DNA from: Pedobacter sp.
Lineage (GTDB): Bacteria; Desulfobacterota; Desulfuromonadia; Desulfuromonadales; Syntrophotaleaceae
Direction: 5' to 3'
NCBI GenBank assembly: GCA_050253415.1
Contig: JBFWJC010000003.1
Coordinates: 1-64,000, forward strand
Length of the DNA stretch: 64,000 nt
Under the pieces are notes generated by a model, which saw only the letters and a list, made by a program, of their open reading frames with translations, searched no databases and was not told the origin of the DNA. The first letter of the stretch is position 1, and each line of letters starts with the position of its first letter. A program made the position numbers and the translations under genes. Below, piece by piece: positions 51,365 to 60,850 of this stretch.

Positions 51365-51880
51365 TTAGCCGATTTGCCGACCGAATTGATAAAACTCATC
51401 CAGATTACTGAATTCGGCATTTGCCAGGTATTCATTCGGAGCGTTAACAAATTCGTAAAATTCCTCGACCATGTTGTAGTCCTGTTGCTCCTGGTCGATC
51501 ATCTGCTGCAGAAGGCTACGCATGGGGCTGGAAGAAGCAAGCCGTTTCAGTTCGACATAAAAATCGGCTGTGGTTGATTCCAGCTCCATGATGGTGCGGA
51601 TAGACTGCTCCACATCCTGACGGTTCCGATCCGATCGTGCCGCGAGCAGGTGCTCAAGCAGCATCTTGGCAATGGAACTGAGACTTTTGGAGGCATCGGT
51701 GGGGCAGTTGCTGGTGCCGGTCAAAGCGTTCAGGGTGCGGTAACGCTCCTGATGGTCAGCGGCCAGGTCGTTGATGAGAGTTCTCAGGCTGCTGGCTGTG
51801 GTATGCCGGGCCAGTTTGTTGTAAAGTTCGGAAGCATCCTTTTCCAGTTTTTTGGCAACAGTAAAAGCGTTCATGTTCAC
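51365..51880 (-). CDS. Ferritin-like / rubrerythrin-family protein
   Basis: Two 'LE...Y...L' helical repeats and a C-terminal 'LANAEF' motif. Confidence 0.7.
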   Translation of the reverse strand: MNMNAFTVAKKLEKDASELYNKLARHTTASSLRTLINDLAADHQERYRTLNALTGTSNCPTDASKSLSSIAKMLLEHLLAARSDRNRQDVEQSIRTIMELESTTADFYVELKRLASSSPMRSLLQQMIDQEQQDYNMVEEFYEFVNAPNEYLANAEFSNLDEFYQFGRQIG

Positions 51881-51929
51881 TCCTTGCCGTTGGATGTTAA
51901 TGGATCATTTTTCTTTGTGTCGCTCCGGT

Positions 51930-53132
51930 TCAAGCTTGAGCGACTTTTTTCAAATCCGGGGTCGATTCAGTAAGCGGGCTATCATCGACCTGTGGGGAAG
52001 ACTGGGCCAGGGAACGGAACAGACCTTCGAGTTCGGAGTCTTCAATCGGGCGTTTCCGTCGCTGGGAAATAGCCCGGACGCGTCGTAAAAGCGTCGACAG
52101 GCAGATAGCTGACGAATCCAGGCCAAGACCTTGTATGCGGGCGGCGAGCCCGTGACGCCCGGTATGCTTGCCCAACACCAGCTGGCGGCTCGATCCGACC
52201 TCGCCCGGTTCAAATGGCTCGTAATTGCGTGGATCTTTCAAAACGCCATCGACATGGAGCCCTGATTCATGGGCGAATACACTCTCACCGACCACAGGCT
52301 TCCAGGCGGGGACCGGCCGTTTACTGGCCGCGCCGACATAACGCGAAATTTCCACAAAACGGCTGGTGTCGATGGGGCAATTCACGCCACAGGCATGCTT
52401 AAGCCCCATGACGACTTCTTCGAGAGCCGCGTTGCCGGCCCGCTCGCCGAGTCCGTTGACCGTAGTGTTGATAAAACGGGCTCCGGCGCGCACCCCGGCG
52501 ATCGCATTGGCCGTGGCCATGCCGAGATCATTATGGGTGTGAATCTCAAGGTCCATGTCGACGCGTTGGCTTAAATAACGGACTTTTTCAAAGGTGACAA
52601 AGGGATCGAGCAGGCCAAGGGTATCGCAGAAGCGGAAACGATCCGCTCCGAAGCTGCGGGCCAGTTCCATCAACTCAACCAAAAAATCAAGATCGGCCCG
52701 GCTGGCATCCTCCCCGCCTACGGAAACATACAGATCGTGTTGCTTGGCAAATCCCAGGGCCCGCTTGAGTTGTTCGCGCACCCATTCACGATCCTTGCGC
52801 AGTTTATGGCGGATATGGAGATCGGAAACGGACAGGGAAATATCCACGGCTGAAATGCCGCAATCCAATGAAGCTTGAATGTCGTCAACCAGCGCGCGAT
52901 TCCAGGTGATCAGACGGGCATTTAACCCCAGGTCGACGAGTGCTTTAACGCTACGCTGTTCTTCGCGTCCCATGGCAGGGATGCCGCATTCGAGTTCCTG
53001 CACGCCGATGTTGTCAAGCATGCGGGCGATGGTCTTTTTTTCTTCCAGGGAAAACACCACCCCGGCGGTCTGTTCGCCATCCCGCAAAGTGGTATCGTCA
53101 ATAATAATGTCGGGATGTGCGTCAGTATGCAT
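51930..53132 (-). CDS. nifV: Homocitrate synthase
   Basis: 'DDTTLRDGEQTAGV', 'GGEDASRA', 'EIHTHNDLGMATAN', 'FAHESGLHVDG'; nif context. Confidence 0.92.
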   Translation of the reverse strand: MHTDAHPDIIIDDTTLRDGEQTAGVVFSLEEKKTIARMLDNIGVQELECGIPAMGREEQRSVKALVDLGLNARLITWNRALVDDIQASLDCGISAVDISLSVSDLHIRHKLRKDREWVREQLKRALGFAKQHDLYVSVGGEDASRADLDFLVELMELARSFGADRFRFCDTLGLLDPFVTFEKVRYLSQRVDMDLEIHTHNDLGMATANAIAGVRAGARFINTTVNGLGERAGNAALEEVVMGLKHACGVNCPIDTSRFVEISRYVGAASKRPVPAWKPVVGESVFAHESGLHVDGVLKDPRNYEPFEPGEVGSSRQLVLGKHTGRHGLAARIQGLGLDSSAICLSTLLRRVRAISQRRKRPIEDSELEGLFRSLAQSSPQVDDSPLTESTPDLKKVAQA

Positions 53133-53176
53133 GGTGCCTCATTTCTTTACATAGTAAACCTTAGGGGTGAAGCGGT

Positions 53177-53212
53177 AGGCATCATTGCCTTTTCCGGCGC
53201 CGTTGCAGGAAA
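53177..53212 (-). promoter_or_regulatory. ANTAR-type dual-hairpin RNA element in the nifV leader
   Basis: Minus strand ttcctgCAACGGcgccggaa-aaggCAATGAtgcct. Confidence 0.6.
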
Positions 53213-53227
53213 GTTAACTTATACTTT

Positions 53228-53243
53228 TGCAATGTATGTACCA
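53228..53243 (-). promoter_or_regulatory. sigma54 promoter of nifV
   Basis: TGGTACATACATTGCA (GG-N10-GC). Confidence 0.75.
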
Positions 53244-53386
53244 TGTTGTAAGTAGCTGAAAAAAGGTGGTAAGTTTAGGGGCGTAGCCAGGTTTTTTGCT
53301 GATAAATAAGGCATTGCCGATTTTTTAGCGATGATTTATAGGGCAGGGTCGATCCGTGGATGAAAAATAACATGGGATCAAGCTCT

Positions 53387-53525
53387 TTACCGCGGAGTTC
53401 GCAAAGAACGCAAGGAAAGCCGGCGTGATGAAAAAATGCCGAACAAATGCATTTCCATAGGATGTCGTGAACGAAGTAAACGGCATCGACTCTCTCGCAG
53501 CTTACTCTGCGCACTCTGCGGTGAA
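53387..53525. repeat. REP-like imperfect palindrome built from 9-mer units
   Basis: ttaccgcggagttcgcaaag ... ctctgcgcactctgcggtgaa. Confidence 0.55.
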
Positions 53526-53530
53526 TACCA

Positions 53531-54586
53531 TCAATAAACCCGGCGAAAAGCGTCGGCCTTGATGGCGGCAAAGATCTCTCTGCCCGGGGCGATGTCCAAC
53601 TCATCCGCAGCCTGTTGCACAATGGTAGCTACAAGAGACTGTCCATGACAATCGAGTTCGACCCCGATGCGCTGATCCAGGTCGAACAGGTTGCGTACCG
53701 TGCCCTGCAACAGGTTACGGGCACTGATCGATTCCGGATGTCGTCGAAACAGCACGATATCTTTGGATGGCAGCGTAAACAGTGCTTCTGTCTCGGCGGC
53801 GTAGTGGGTAAGCACCAGCCTGTTGTCCCCCCACGGATACGACCACAGTTGGTCGCTGGGGGAAGGATCACGCAGGGTGAAAAAATTGAGGTAGCCCATG
53901 GGACAGTCCTTCATGCGCAGTCGTGCCAGTGTTTCAGGCGAGGTCTGCGATGCCAGGAGACCGTTTTCCATGACCAGAACTTCATCGACCAGCATGCGCA
54001 TTTCGTTCATGGAATGGGAAACATACACCAGAGGGATCTCATACCGCTGCAAAACGTCTTTGAGGTAGGGGATGATCTGGTATTTGAGTTTTTCGTCCAG
54101 GCCACTCAGGGGTTCATCCATCAGCAGCAGATGCGGGTTGGCGAGTACGCCCCTGCCGAGGGCTACGCGCTGGCGTTCGCCGCCGGACAAATCGCCAACC
54201 GATCGCTTCAATAGATGACCAATGTCGAGAACCCGGCACAGCTCTTCCGGATCGATCGTGCGGTCGCCTGCCGGGATGCGGCGATACCCATACAGCAGGT
54301 TGCGTTCCACATTCAGATGAGGGAACAGATGGCTGTGCTGAAATACTACGGCGATGCGGCGCTTTTGAGGGGAGACGCAGATACGCTTGGCGGAATCGAA
54401 CAGTACCCGATCGGCGAAACGAAATACTCCGGCGTCGGGGGTGAGCAGACCGGCGAGCAGATTGACCAGGGTTGATTTGCCGCTTCCGGAACGACCAAAA
54501 ATACCGAGCCGTTTGCTGTCGGTACGAAATGCGACGTCGAATTCGAATGCGCCGATCTTTTTTTGCAGAGCCAGGTTCAGGTTCAT
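53531..54586 (-). CDS. modC: Molybdate ABC transporter ATP-binding protein
   Basis: GRSGSGKS, LSGGERQRVALGR, LMDEP, C-terminal TOBE 'SARNLL'; ATGA overlap with modB. Confidence 0.92.
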   Translation of the reverse strand: MNLNLALQKKIGAFEFDVAFRTDSKRLGIFGRSGSGKSTLVNLLAGLLTPDAGVFRFADRVLFDSAKRICVSPQKRRIAVVFQHSHLFPHLNVERNLLYGYRRIPAGDRTIDPEELCRVLDIGHLLKRSVGDLSGGERQRVALGRGVLANPHLLLMDEPLSGLDEKLKYQIIPYLKDVLQRYEIPLVYVSHSMNEMRMLVDEVLVMENGLLASQTSPETLARLRMKDCPMGYLNFFTLRDPSPSDQLWSYPWGDNRLVLTHYAAETEALFTLPSKDIVLFRRHPESISARNLLQGTVRNLFDLDQRIGVELDCHGQSLVATIVQQAADELDIAPGREIFAAIKADAFRRVY

Positions 54587-55272
54587 GCCTTGCTCCTGCG
54601 GGCCAGGGCCCTGATCAGAGTTTCGCTGCACAACAGTACTGCAAGCGAGAGGCCGATGGATAACAGGCATAACGCCAAGGCCCCATGGTCGCCGCCGGGG
54701 GTATTGACGTAATCGTAGATGGCCAGCGGAATAGTCTGGGTCAGGCCGGGGATATTGCCCGCCAGTACAATCGTGGCGCCGAACTCGCCGAGACTGCGGG
54801 CGAACATCAGTGACGCGCCGGCCAGTACCGCCCGGCCCGATAGCGGCAGCACGATAGTTAACAGCGTGTCGTACCAGGGAGCGCCGAGAGTGCGGGCGGC
54901 TTGCAGAAGTTTTTCGTCGATATCCTCAAGTCCGATACGGATGGAACGCACCAACAAAGGAAAGCCCACCACCAGCGAGGCCAGTACTGCTGCCCACCAG
55001 GTGAAAATGATACGAATGCCTGTAGCGCGCATGAAAGCCCCGAAAGGTCCATTCTCACCCAGCAACAACAGCAACAGATAGCCGACCACTACCGGGGGAA
55101 GCACCATGGGCAGGTGCAGTATCCCCTCCAATAGGCCTTTGCCGCGGAAACGGCCAAAGGCCAGCAGGCTGGCCATGAGGAAACCAGCCGGCAACGCGAG
55201 CAATGTTGCCGTCAGGGCGACTCTGGCGGAGAGCCATACAGCCTGGTAATCGGTGGCGGTCAGATCGAACAT
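54583..55272 (-). CDS. modB: Molybdate ABC transporter permease
   Basis: 'LPMVLPPVVVGY', 'FARSLGEFGAT'. Confidence 0.93.
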   Translation of the reverse strand: MFDLTATDYQAVWLSARVALTATLLALPAGFLMASLLAFGRFRGKGLLEGILHLPMVLPPVVVGYLLLLLLGENGPFGAFMRATGIRIIFTWWAAVLASLVVGFPLLVRSIRIGLEDIDEKLLQAARTLGAPWYDTLLTIVLPLSGRAVLAGASLMFARSLGEFGATIVLAGNIPGLTQTIPLAIYDYVNTPGGDHGALALCLLSIGLSLAVLLCSETLIRALARRSKA

Positions 55273-55344
55273 AATAACGGTGCCTCGGTGGGGTTGCAGG
55301 GGCGGTCCCTGTGATCGCCCAATAACGAAAAAAAACGTATGAAT

Positions 55345-56124
55345 CTATGGGGCTTTTGCAAGGGTTGCAGATCGTGAATCAACCAGAAACCCATACTTTG
55401 AGAATATCGTCGCTGCGTCAGACGAGCCGAGATATTGCATAAACCCACGCGCTTCATCGTTGGCTGTTCCCATGCTCGTCAATCCGGCTGGATAGCTAAC
55501 ACTCGGATACAATTCCTGCGGTACTTCCATTAGTGTAATGGCCTGTTTTGCAAGCAGGGCGTCGGTGCGGTAAACGAACGCCGCATTCACTTCCCCGCGT
55601 TCGGCGTACATCAATGCCTGGCGTACATCTTTGGTCAGGACCAGCTTTTGACTGTCTTTCATCCCCTGGTAGAGGCCGGCTGCGATGAGAGCCTGTTCCG
55701 CATATTTCCCGGCAGGTACACTGGCCGGGCTGCCCATGGCGATGCGGGGTAGCGAAGTCAGATCAGCTAAAACCCGGACCTTTGAACAAGGACGGCCGAC
55801 AACCACTACCTTGTTATGGGCAATGATTCGGATACTGGTGGGCTCGATAAGTCCCTTGTCTTTTAAAAAATCCATCCATTTGGGGTTGGCTGAAACAAAC
55901 AGGTCGGCCGGTGCGCTGGCAGCGATCTGCTTGGCCAGCGTGCCGGAACTGGCGTAGTTCCGCACGAACCGGGTCTGTGGATGGCTTAAGGCGTAATCGG
56001 AACACAGGGCGTTGACCACATCGGTCATGCTGGCCGCCACCGCAAGGTGGATTTCGCCAGCGAAGGCCGGTGAGGCCACAAAAAGCAGGCTCAGGGACAA
56101 CAACAAACGGATAAAAGTCGCCAT
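55345..56124 (-). CDS. modA: Molybdate ABC transporter substrate-binding protein
   Basis: Signal peptide, 'AVAASM', 'ASSGTLAKQI', 'SVPAGKYA', 'DVRQAL', 'VYRTD'. Confidence 0.93.
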   Translation of the reverse strand: MATFIRLLLSLSLLFVASPAFAGEIHLAVAASMTDVVNALCSDYALSHPQTRFVRNYASSGTLAKQIAASAPADLFVSANPKWMDFLKDKGLIEPTSIRIIAHNKVVVVGRPCSKVRVLADLTSLPRIAMGSPASVPAGKYAEQALIAAGLYQGMKDSQKLVLTKDVRQALMYAERGEVNAAFVYRTDALLAKQAITLMEVPQELYPSVSYPAGLTSMGTANDEARGFMQYLGSSDAATIFSKYGFLVDSRSATLAKAP

Positions 56125-56161
56125 GGTCTTCAGTCCTTTGCGTTTCACAGTGGTTCAAAAA

Positions 56162-57052
56162 TTAACAACAAAACCCTTTGGATGGGGCTTGCGGGGCTGC
56201 TTCAAGGGTGGACAGATTAAGATCCTCGCCGAGCATGCCGGCGGCATCGGCACGGCACTGCTTGCAATGGCGCGCTTGCGGTAAAATCTGTTCCGCCTGG
56301 TCGCGAATCATGGCCATCTCCACATCCGTTGGAACCCTGTGGTCGCGGAAGGCACCCTGAGCGATGAGCGGCAGAATATTCATCATGTCTGCCCCCAGGC
56401 GTTTGGCGACCAGGGCTAAAGGCAGGGTTTCGTGATGGTTGACTCCAGGGATGTAAACACTGTTGACCTTGACCAGCATCCCTGCGCGGGCGGCGGCTTC
56501 GAGACCGGTCAACTGGGCATCGATCAAAGCAGAAGCACCGGTTTCTCCACGCACCACCGTACCACCGAGATTGACCCATTGGTAAACCTTGGCGCCGGTC
56601 TGCGGAGTCAGGGCATTCATGGTGACCGTGATGCTGCCGACGCCGATTTCTTTTAGTGCATCCAGACGTTCCGACAGTAGCAGGCCGTTGGTGGAAAGGC
56701 ATAACTGCAGATGGGGATACGCCGCTTTCACCAGTCGGAGTGTTTCGAAAGTTTTTTCGTTGGCAAGGGGATCGCCCGGGCCTGCAATGCCGACAACTTT
56801 TAAATTGGGGCCGACCTCGGGGTGAGCCAGCAAAGCCCGTACACGGTCCAGGGCTTGAGAGGGTGTAAGTACCCGGCTGGTAACGCCCGGACGATTTTCA
56901 TTGGCGCAATCGAAACGGCGCTCGCAGAATCCGCAACTGATGTTACAACCCGGTGCTACAGGCAAATGGATACGGGCATTGTTTTTGTGATTGGCACCGA
57001 AACAAGGGTGACCGGCGGCCTGATGATTTTTTCCGGAGCAGGATTTGGACAT
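56162..57052 (-). CDS. nifB: NifB radical SAM protein (SAM-domain-only architecture)
   Basis: HPC, CxxxCxxC (CNISCGFC), ENRP, AGPG, TVTMN and CKQCRADA motifs; RBS aaggag before Met at 57052. Confidence 0.82.
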   Translation of the reverse strand: MSKSCSGKNHQAAGHPCFGANHKNNARIHLPVAPGCNISCGFCERRFDCANENRPGVTSRVLTPSQALDRVRALLAHPEVGPNLKVVGIAGPGDPLANEKTFETLRLVKAAYPHLQLCLSTNGLLLSERLDALKEIGVGSITVTMNALTPQTGAKVYQWVNLGGTVVRGETGASALIDAQLTGLEAAARAGMLVKVNSVYIPGVNHHETLPLALVAKRLGADMMNILPLIAQGAFRDHRVPTDVEMAMIRDQAEQILPQARHCKQCRADAAGMLGEDLNLSTLEAAPQAPSKGFCC

Positions 57053-57100
57053 GAAACATCTCCTTTCGGTTTCGCTAAAGCTGCCAACGGGAGCTTGCGA

Positions 57101-57178
57101 AATAAATAAAGAAAGGCCCAAGCGGGATTTCCCACTGGGCCTCGTTGCCTTAAATCAGCTGGGCACGCCATTGTGCCG
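57101..57178 (-). promoter_or_regulatory. ANTAR dual hairpin overlapping an intrinsic terminator (attenuator) upstream of nifB-modABC
   Basis: Minus strand ggcaCAATGGcgtgcc...aaggCAACGAggcc; second hairpin overlaps aggccca-gtgggaaatcccgc-ttgggcctttctttattt. Confidence 0.75.
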
Positions 57179-57199
57179 TCTGCTGTCGGATAAGGGTAC

Positions 57200-57215
57200 T
57201 GCATCGGGTGTGCCA
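57200..57215 (-). promoter_or_regulatory. sigma54 promoter of nifB-modABC
   Basis: TGGCACACCCGATGCA (GG-N10-GC). Confidence 0.8.
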
Positions 57216-57418
57216 AAGGCGCAAACCCCGTAAATAGGGGGCTTTGGAGGAGTCGGGCTGCCTGCATCAAGCACAAACAGCAAAAGGGTGTCTAAAAAGC
57301 AGGCAGATCTATGTCATGGGGTAAAACAGTGTTGGAAGATAATTTTCACACGAAGGCGGGTAGGATTTGTTGTGGAAGAAACGCCAAATTATAAAACAAG
57401 GCAAAAGCACGGTGTTAA

Positions 57419-57532
57419 TCGCACGAAGCCGCAAAGACACAAAGACTCCTTAAAACCATTGCCTTACCCCATGATCGTATGGGGAGTGTTTATGATTTGG
57501 CCTTACCTTGGTATTTTTGCGGATCCGTGCGA
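57419..57532. repeat. REP-like imperfect palindrome
   Basis: tcgcacgaagccgcaaagacacaaag ... ccttggtatttttgcggatccgtgcga. Confidence 0.55.
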
Positions 57533-57557
57533 GATAAAATGGGCTGTTGCCGTGTTT

Positions 57558-58613
57558 TTACTCTAATTCGTCCTGCTCGGCAGGGCACAGACATTCCGCC
57601 AGAAAATCATCGAGATCGAATTCGAGGCGCTGGCCATGGCGCACGCGGTCGCGGAGTTCGGAAAATTTGCGGTCGAAGCTGTTCAGTTTGCGCAGCAGGG
57701 TCCGTTCGGAATCGCTGGTGTCGATGATGTCGGCAATTCCACCGTTGCGAATCACCAGACGACGCTGACCCAGCAGGGCCAGGAGTGGATCGTGGGTGGC
57801 CAGCAGCACGATTTTCTCTTGTTTGACCAGCAGATCGAGGGCCTGACGCCGGTCGACGCCGGCGTTTTCGATCTCGTCGATGAGAACGATGGGGGATGCA
57901 CTGAGACAGGCAACGTCGGCAATCATCAGTGCGCGTGACTGTCCGCCGGATAAGGCGGTGACTGGGGTGTCGAGGGTGAAAGGTTCCCCCGCCAGCAGTA
58001 CGGCGGTGGAAAAAATCTGGGTCACAGCCGCATCGATATCGTCTACCAGGCGGCTTTCGGCGTGCAGGGTCAGAAATTCGCGCACCGACACGTCCATGAC
58101 AAAATTCATGTTTTGGGAAAGTTGAGCTACCAGTCGTTGTTCGCCGCCAAGCCACAGACTTTCATCGGGTGGTTGGCCGTCGAGCAGCACACGTCGTCCG
58201 GATGGCGTATCCCCTTGTGCCAGGCATTCCACATCGGCCAGCAGCCGACTTTTTCCGGAACCGGTTGGGCCGACCACGCTCACCACATCGCCAGGGCGCA
58301 GCTCCAGGCTAATGTTTTCCGGGTGTCCGTCCTTGTTCCGCCCGCCGCATAGCGTGATGCTTTGCAGTGTTGGCGCCTTGCCGGTTTTAAGTTTTTCCAT
58401 CTGGACGATGAAGTCATGCAGGCGTGAGCATAGTTCATCACGCACCAAGCCCAGGTTTTCGATGTGATCCTGATCCAAAGAGTCGAAGAAAACTTTGACC
58501 GTTGTATGACATGACGTGGAAGGTAACCCCAGCAGGGTAAAAAAATCCTTTGCGTAGGGGTGGTTAAGCAGCAGGTCGGAAATAGGGGTGTGCAGCAAAT
58601 CCAGGTCTGTCAT
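57558..58613 (-). CDS. ABC-type ATPase with small N-terminal DUF1858-like domain
   Basis: GPTGSGKS, LSGGQSRAL, IDEIEN, THDP; N-terminus 'ISDLLLNHPYAKDFF'; ATGA overlap with the upstream GTPase. Confidence 0.85.
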   Translation of the reverse strand: MTDLDLLHTPISDLLLNHPYAKDFFTLLGLPSTSCHTTVKVFFDSLDQDHIENLGLVRDELCSRLHDFIVQMEKLKTGKAPTLQSITLCGGRNKDGHPENISLELRPGDVVSVVGPTGSGKSRLLADVECLAQGDTPSGRRVLLDGQPPDESLWLGGEQRLVAQLSQNMNFVMDVSVREFLTLHAESRLVDDIDAAVTQIFSTAVLLAGEPFTLDTPVTALSGGQSRALMIADVACLSASPIVLIDEIENAGVDRRQALDLLVKQEKIVLLATHDPLLALLGQRRLVIRNGGIADIIDTSDSERTLLRKLNSFDRKFSELRDRVRHGQRLEFDLDDFLAECLCPAEQDELE

Positions 58614-59296
58614 GAGAAATCCATGGTTTTGATGTTGCCGATCTGGCAATCGGGGCCGATACGGGTCTCGCCAAGGCAGTAGGAACACAGGGCCGCCGGC
58701 ATGGAAAAGCGCAACCGCACTCCCTCCAAAGCCTGCGTTTCGGGTGCGCTGCGCAACTGCCTCTGTACCATCAGACTACCCTGACCGGTAAGACCGTTAA
58801 CCGGCAGGACCGCCGCGCGGGGATTAACCTGTTTGACGCGAAAAGCAAACACCTCGCGTTCGGCCTGGGAAACCACGTCACCCTTTGTGATAACGACTAC
58901 ATCGGCGGTTTTCAACATTGGGCCGATTTTAGCTGGAGTATGCACGCCACTCAGATTGTCGACCACGCAAACAGCCAGTACATCGCGAATATGCGGCGAG
59001 CATCGGTTGCACAGACCGGCACTTTCGCAGATCAAAAGATCGAATCCGCTGCGATGTCCCCATTGCACGCCTTCTTCTATGTTGGCCACGAAAAAATGGT
59101 CCGGGCACAGGCCACCGGCCAGACCGAGTTTTACCGGTATTCCGGCTTTGGCGTAGCGGTGTTCGTCTTCGCTTGACAGGCAATCGAATTTAATGACCCC
59201 CAAACTCAAGCCATCTTTAGCCAGTTCCTCGGCAAGGCGCAGAATAACCGAGGTCTTGCCGCTGGAAGGTGGACCTGCCACGGTAACCAGTTTCAT
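58610..59296 (-). CDS. HypB/UreG/CobW-family metal-binding GTPase
   Basis: GPPSSGKT, 'KFDC', 'LCPDH', 'ESAGLCNRC', TKGD, 'CSYC'. Confidence 0.88.
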   Translation of the reverse strand: MKLVTVAGPPSSGKTSVILRLAEELAKDGLSLGVIKFDCLSSEDEHRYAKAGIPVKLGLAGGLCPDHFFVANIEEGVQWGHRSGFDLLICESAGLCNRCSPHIRDVLAVCVVDNLSGVHTPAKIGPMLKTADVVVITKGDVVSQAEREVFAFRVKQVNPRAAVLPVNGLTGQGSLMVQRQLRSAPETQALEGVRLRFSMPAALCSYCLGETRIGPDCQIGNIKTMDFS

Positions 59297-60522
59297 GATG
59301 ACTCCGACCGAACAACAGGAAGAAAGATCTTATCGATAGCCGCGTTCAACGCAGCCAGATCGTTGTTGCGCAGGTAATCCCAACCCAGCCACTTAAGGCT
59401 GGCCTGGGGTGGCAGGGCGTTGGTTACCTCGGGATGCGGGGTCGGGAACCAGGCACCTGCGAATACCTTGGCAAGTTCCGGGCCGGTAAGAAAATCCGTA
59501 ATGGCTTTTAGCTCTGCGGCGCGATGTTTCTTAACCAGCATGGTCACCGGGCTTATAAGTCCGCCATCCTCAGGCCAGATGATGCGTACCCTTTCAGGTC
59601 GGGCAATTTTATGTGCAAAAAAATCAGGCATAACGTACAGAGCGGCCCCGTCGGGGCGATCTGCTCCGGCTTCCTTGACCATCTGTGCCGGATGCTGCCC
59701 GCGTAGTACATTGTGGGCAAGGGCGGTCATGGCCGCAGGGCCGTTCTCCTTGAAAAACGGCAATAACACGGCATGGCAGAAGAACTGCCGATCGCCGCGC
59801 AAGGTAATGCTGTGGTGCCAGACGGGATCCAGCAAATCGGCCCAACGGCGTGGCAGGGGACGGTTTCCGACCCGGGCCAAATCAGCCACAATGATCAGCG
59901 GGTTGACATTGAGCATGGTGAATTGACCGAGGGGATCCAGGATGCCGGTATCGTCAAAGGACGGATTAAGTTGGTGCGGTGAGACATCGACAAAATACCC
60001 CGGGTCAATAAAACGCTGCCGGAACCGGCGATAAAAAAAGGCATTAAAGTCGGATGAAACGATGATGTCCGGGAGTTCGTCAAGGCTTTCGACCTGATCG
60101 ACGAACTTGTAGTAGGAGAGTTCCTGATTGACGTTGCCTTCGACAGCGTAGGTAATGGGGGGATTACCTTCAGCCTGGTATTTTTCGAAGAAACTTGTGA
60201 CAGCCTTGCCGAAGGGGACCTTGAGTCCGCAGGGTAACAGTCCCAGAAGGCTCAACCGGCCATTTTTGTCCACTTCATGCAGTCCGGGAGCTTCCATGGG
60301 CGCGCATTCTTTTAAATGTTGCTGGAGACTGCGTAAAAAGTTATCAACCGGAATACCTCGAGTCCGCAAGGCCGTGCCGAGGGTCAAAAAGGGGGCCAGC
60401 AGGCGCAAGGCATCTTCACCGACCAGTTCCTCAAGCCCGTAGGTGGCAAATACCGACAGGCTTTCGGGGTGGGCTGCAACCAGTTCAGCGATACGCATTT
60501 CCGGATGAATTTTATCTGGCAT
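59293..60522 (-). CDS. Solute-binding-protein-fold protein with N-terminal DUF1858-like domain and no signal peptide
   Basis: N-terminus 'MRIAELVAAHPESLSVF'; 'LLPCG', 'PRRWADLLDP', 'IIWPEDG..ISP' of Fe/polyamine-type SBPs. Confidence 0.8.
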   Translation of the reverse strand: MPDKIHPEMRIAELVAAHPESLSVFATYGLEELVGEDALRLLAPFLTLGTALRTRGIPVDNFLRSLQQHLKECAPMEAPGLHEVDKNGRLSLLGLLPCGLKVPFGKAVTSFFEKYQAEGNPPITYAVEGNVNQELSYYKFVDQVESLDELPDIIVSSDFNAFFYRRFRQRFIDPGYFVDVSPHQLNPSFDDTGILDPLGQFTMLNVNPLIIVADLARVGNRPLPRRWADLLDPVWHHSITLRGDRQFFCHAVLLPFFKENGPAAMTALAHNVLRGQHPAQMVKEAGADRPDGAALYVMPDFFAHKIARPERVRIIWPEDGGLISPVTMLVKKHRAAELKAITDFLTGPELAKVFAGAWFPTPHPEVTNALPPQASLKWLGWDYLRNNDLAALNAAIDKIFLPVVRSESS

Positions 60523-60561
60523 GGCGTCCCTTCTTTAAAAAGTCTGTTCGATGCTGATTTG

Positions 60562-60835
60562 TCGCACAAAGGCACGAAGACACGAAGGAATCCCGTCATA
60601 CCACTTAGACCAAAAAGTTATTTGTATTTCGGGGGTCTTCTTCTTTGGCGTCTTGGAGGCTTACGTGTTGCCAGTAAGCCTCTTTAACCGATTTTTTTAC
60701 AAGGATATTCAGGATACACAGGATAAAAACCAAAAGCCTCGGGTTTAAGATTTTATCCTGAATATCCTGATCATCCCTGTTGCTAGAGGATTTATTGTCG
60801 TTGAGTTTCTTTGTGTTCTTCGTGGCTTCGTGCGA
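60562..60835. repeat. Nested REP-like palindromic repeats
   Basis: Outer pair tcgcacaaaggcacgaagacacgaag / ctttgtgttcttcgtggcttcgtgcga; inner pair (60699-60780) aggatattcaggatacacaggataaaa / ttttatcctgaatatcctgatcatccct. Confidence 0.7.
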
Positions 60836-60850
60836 GAAAAAGCCTTCAGC

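Noticed and set aside
57218..57250. c-di-GMP-I riboswitch look-alike (gcaaacccc...gggg)
   Set aside because: Lacks the GAAA tetraloop, the GCAAAGC segment and the second stem; lies upstream of the sigma54 promoter on the non-coding strand
60562..60835. Possible CRISPR array
   Set aside because: Repeats are short, imperfect and inverted, lack regular unique spacers, and no cas genes are present
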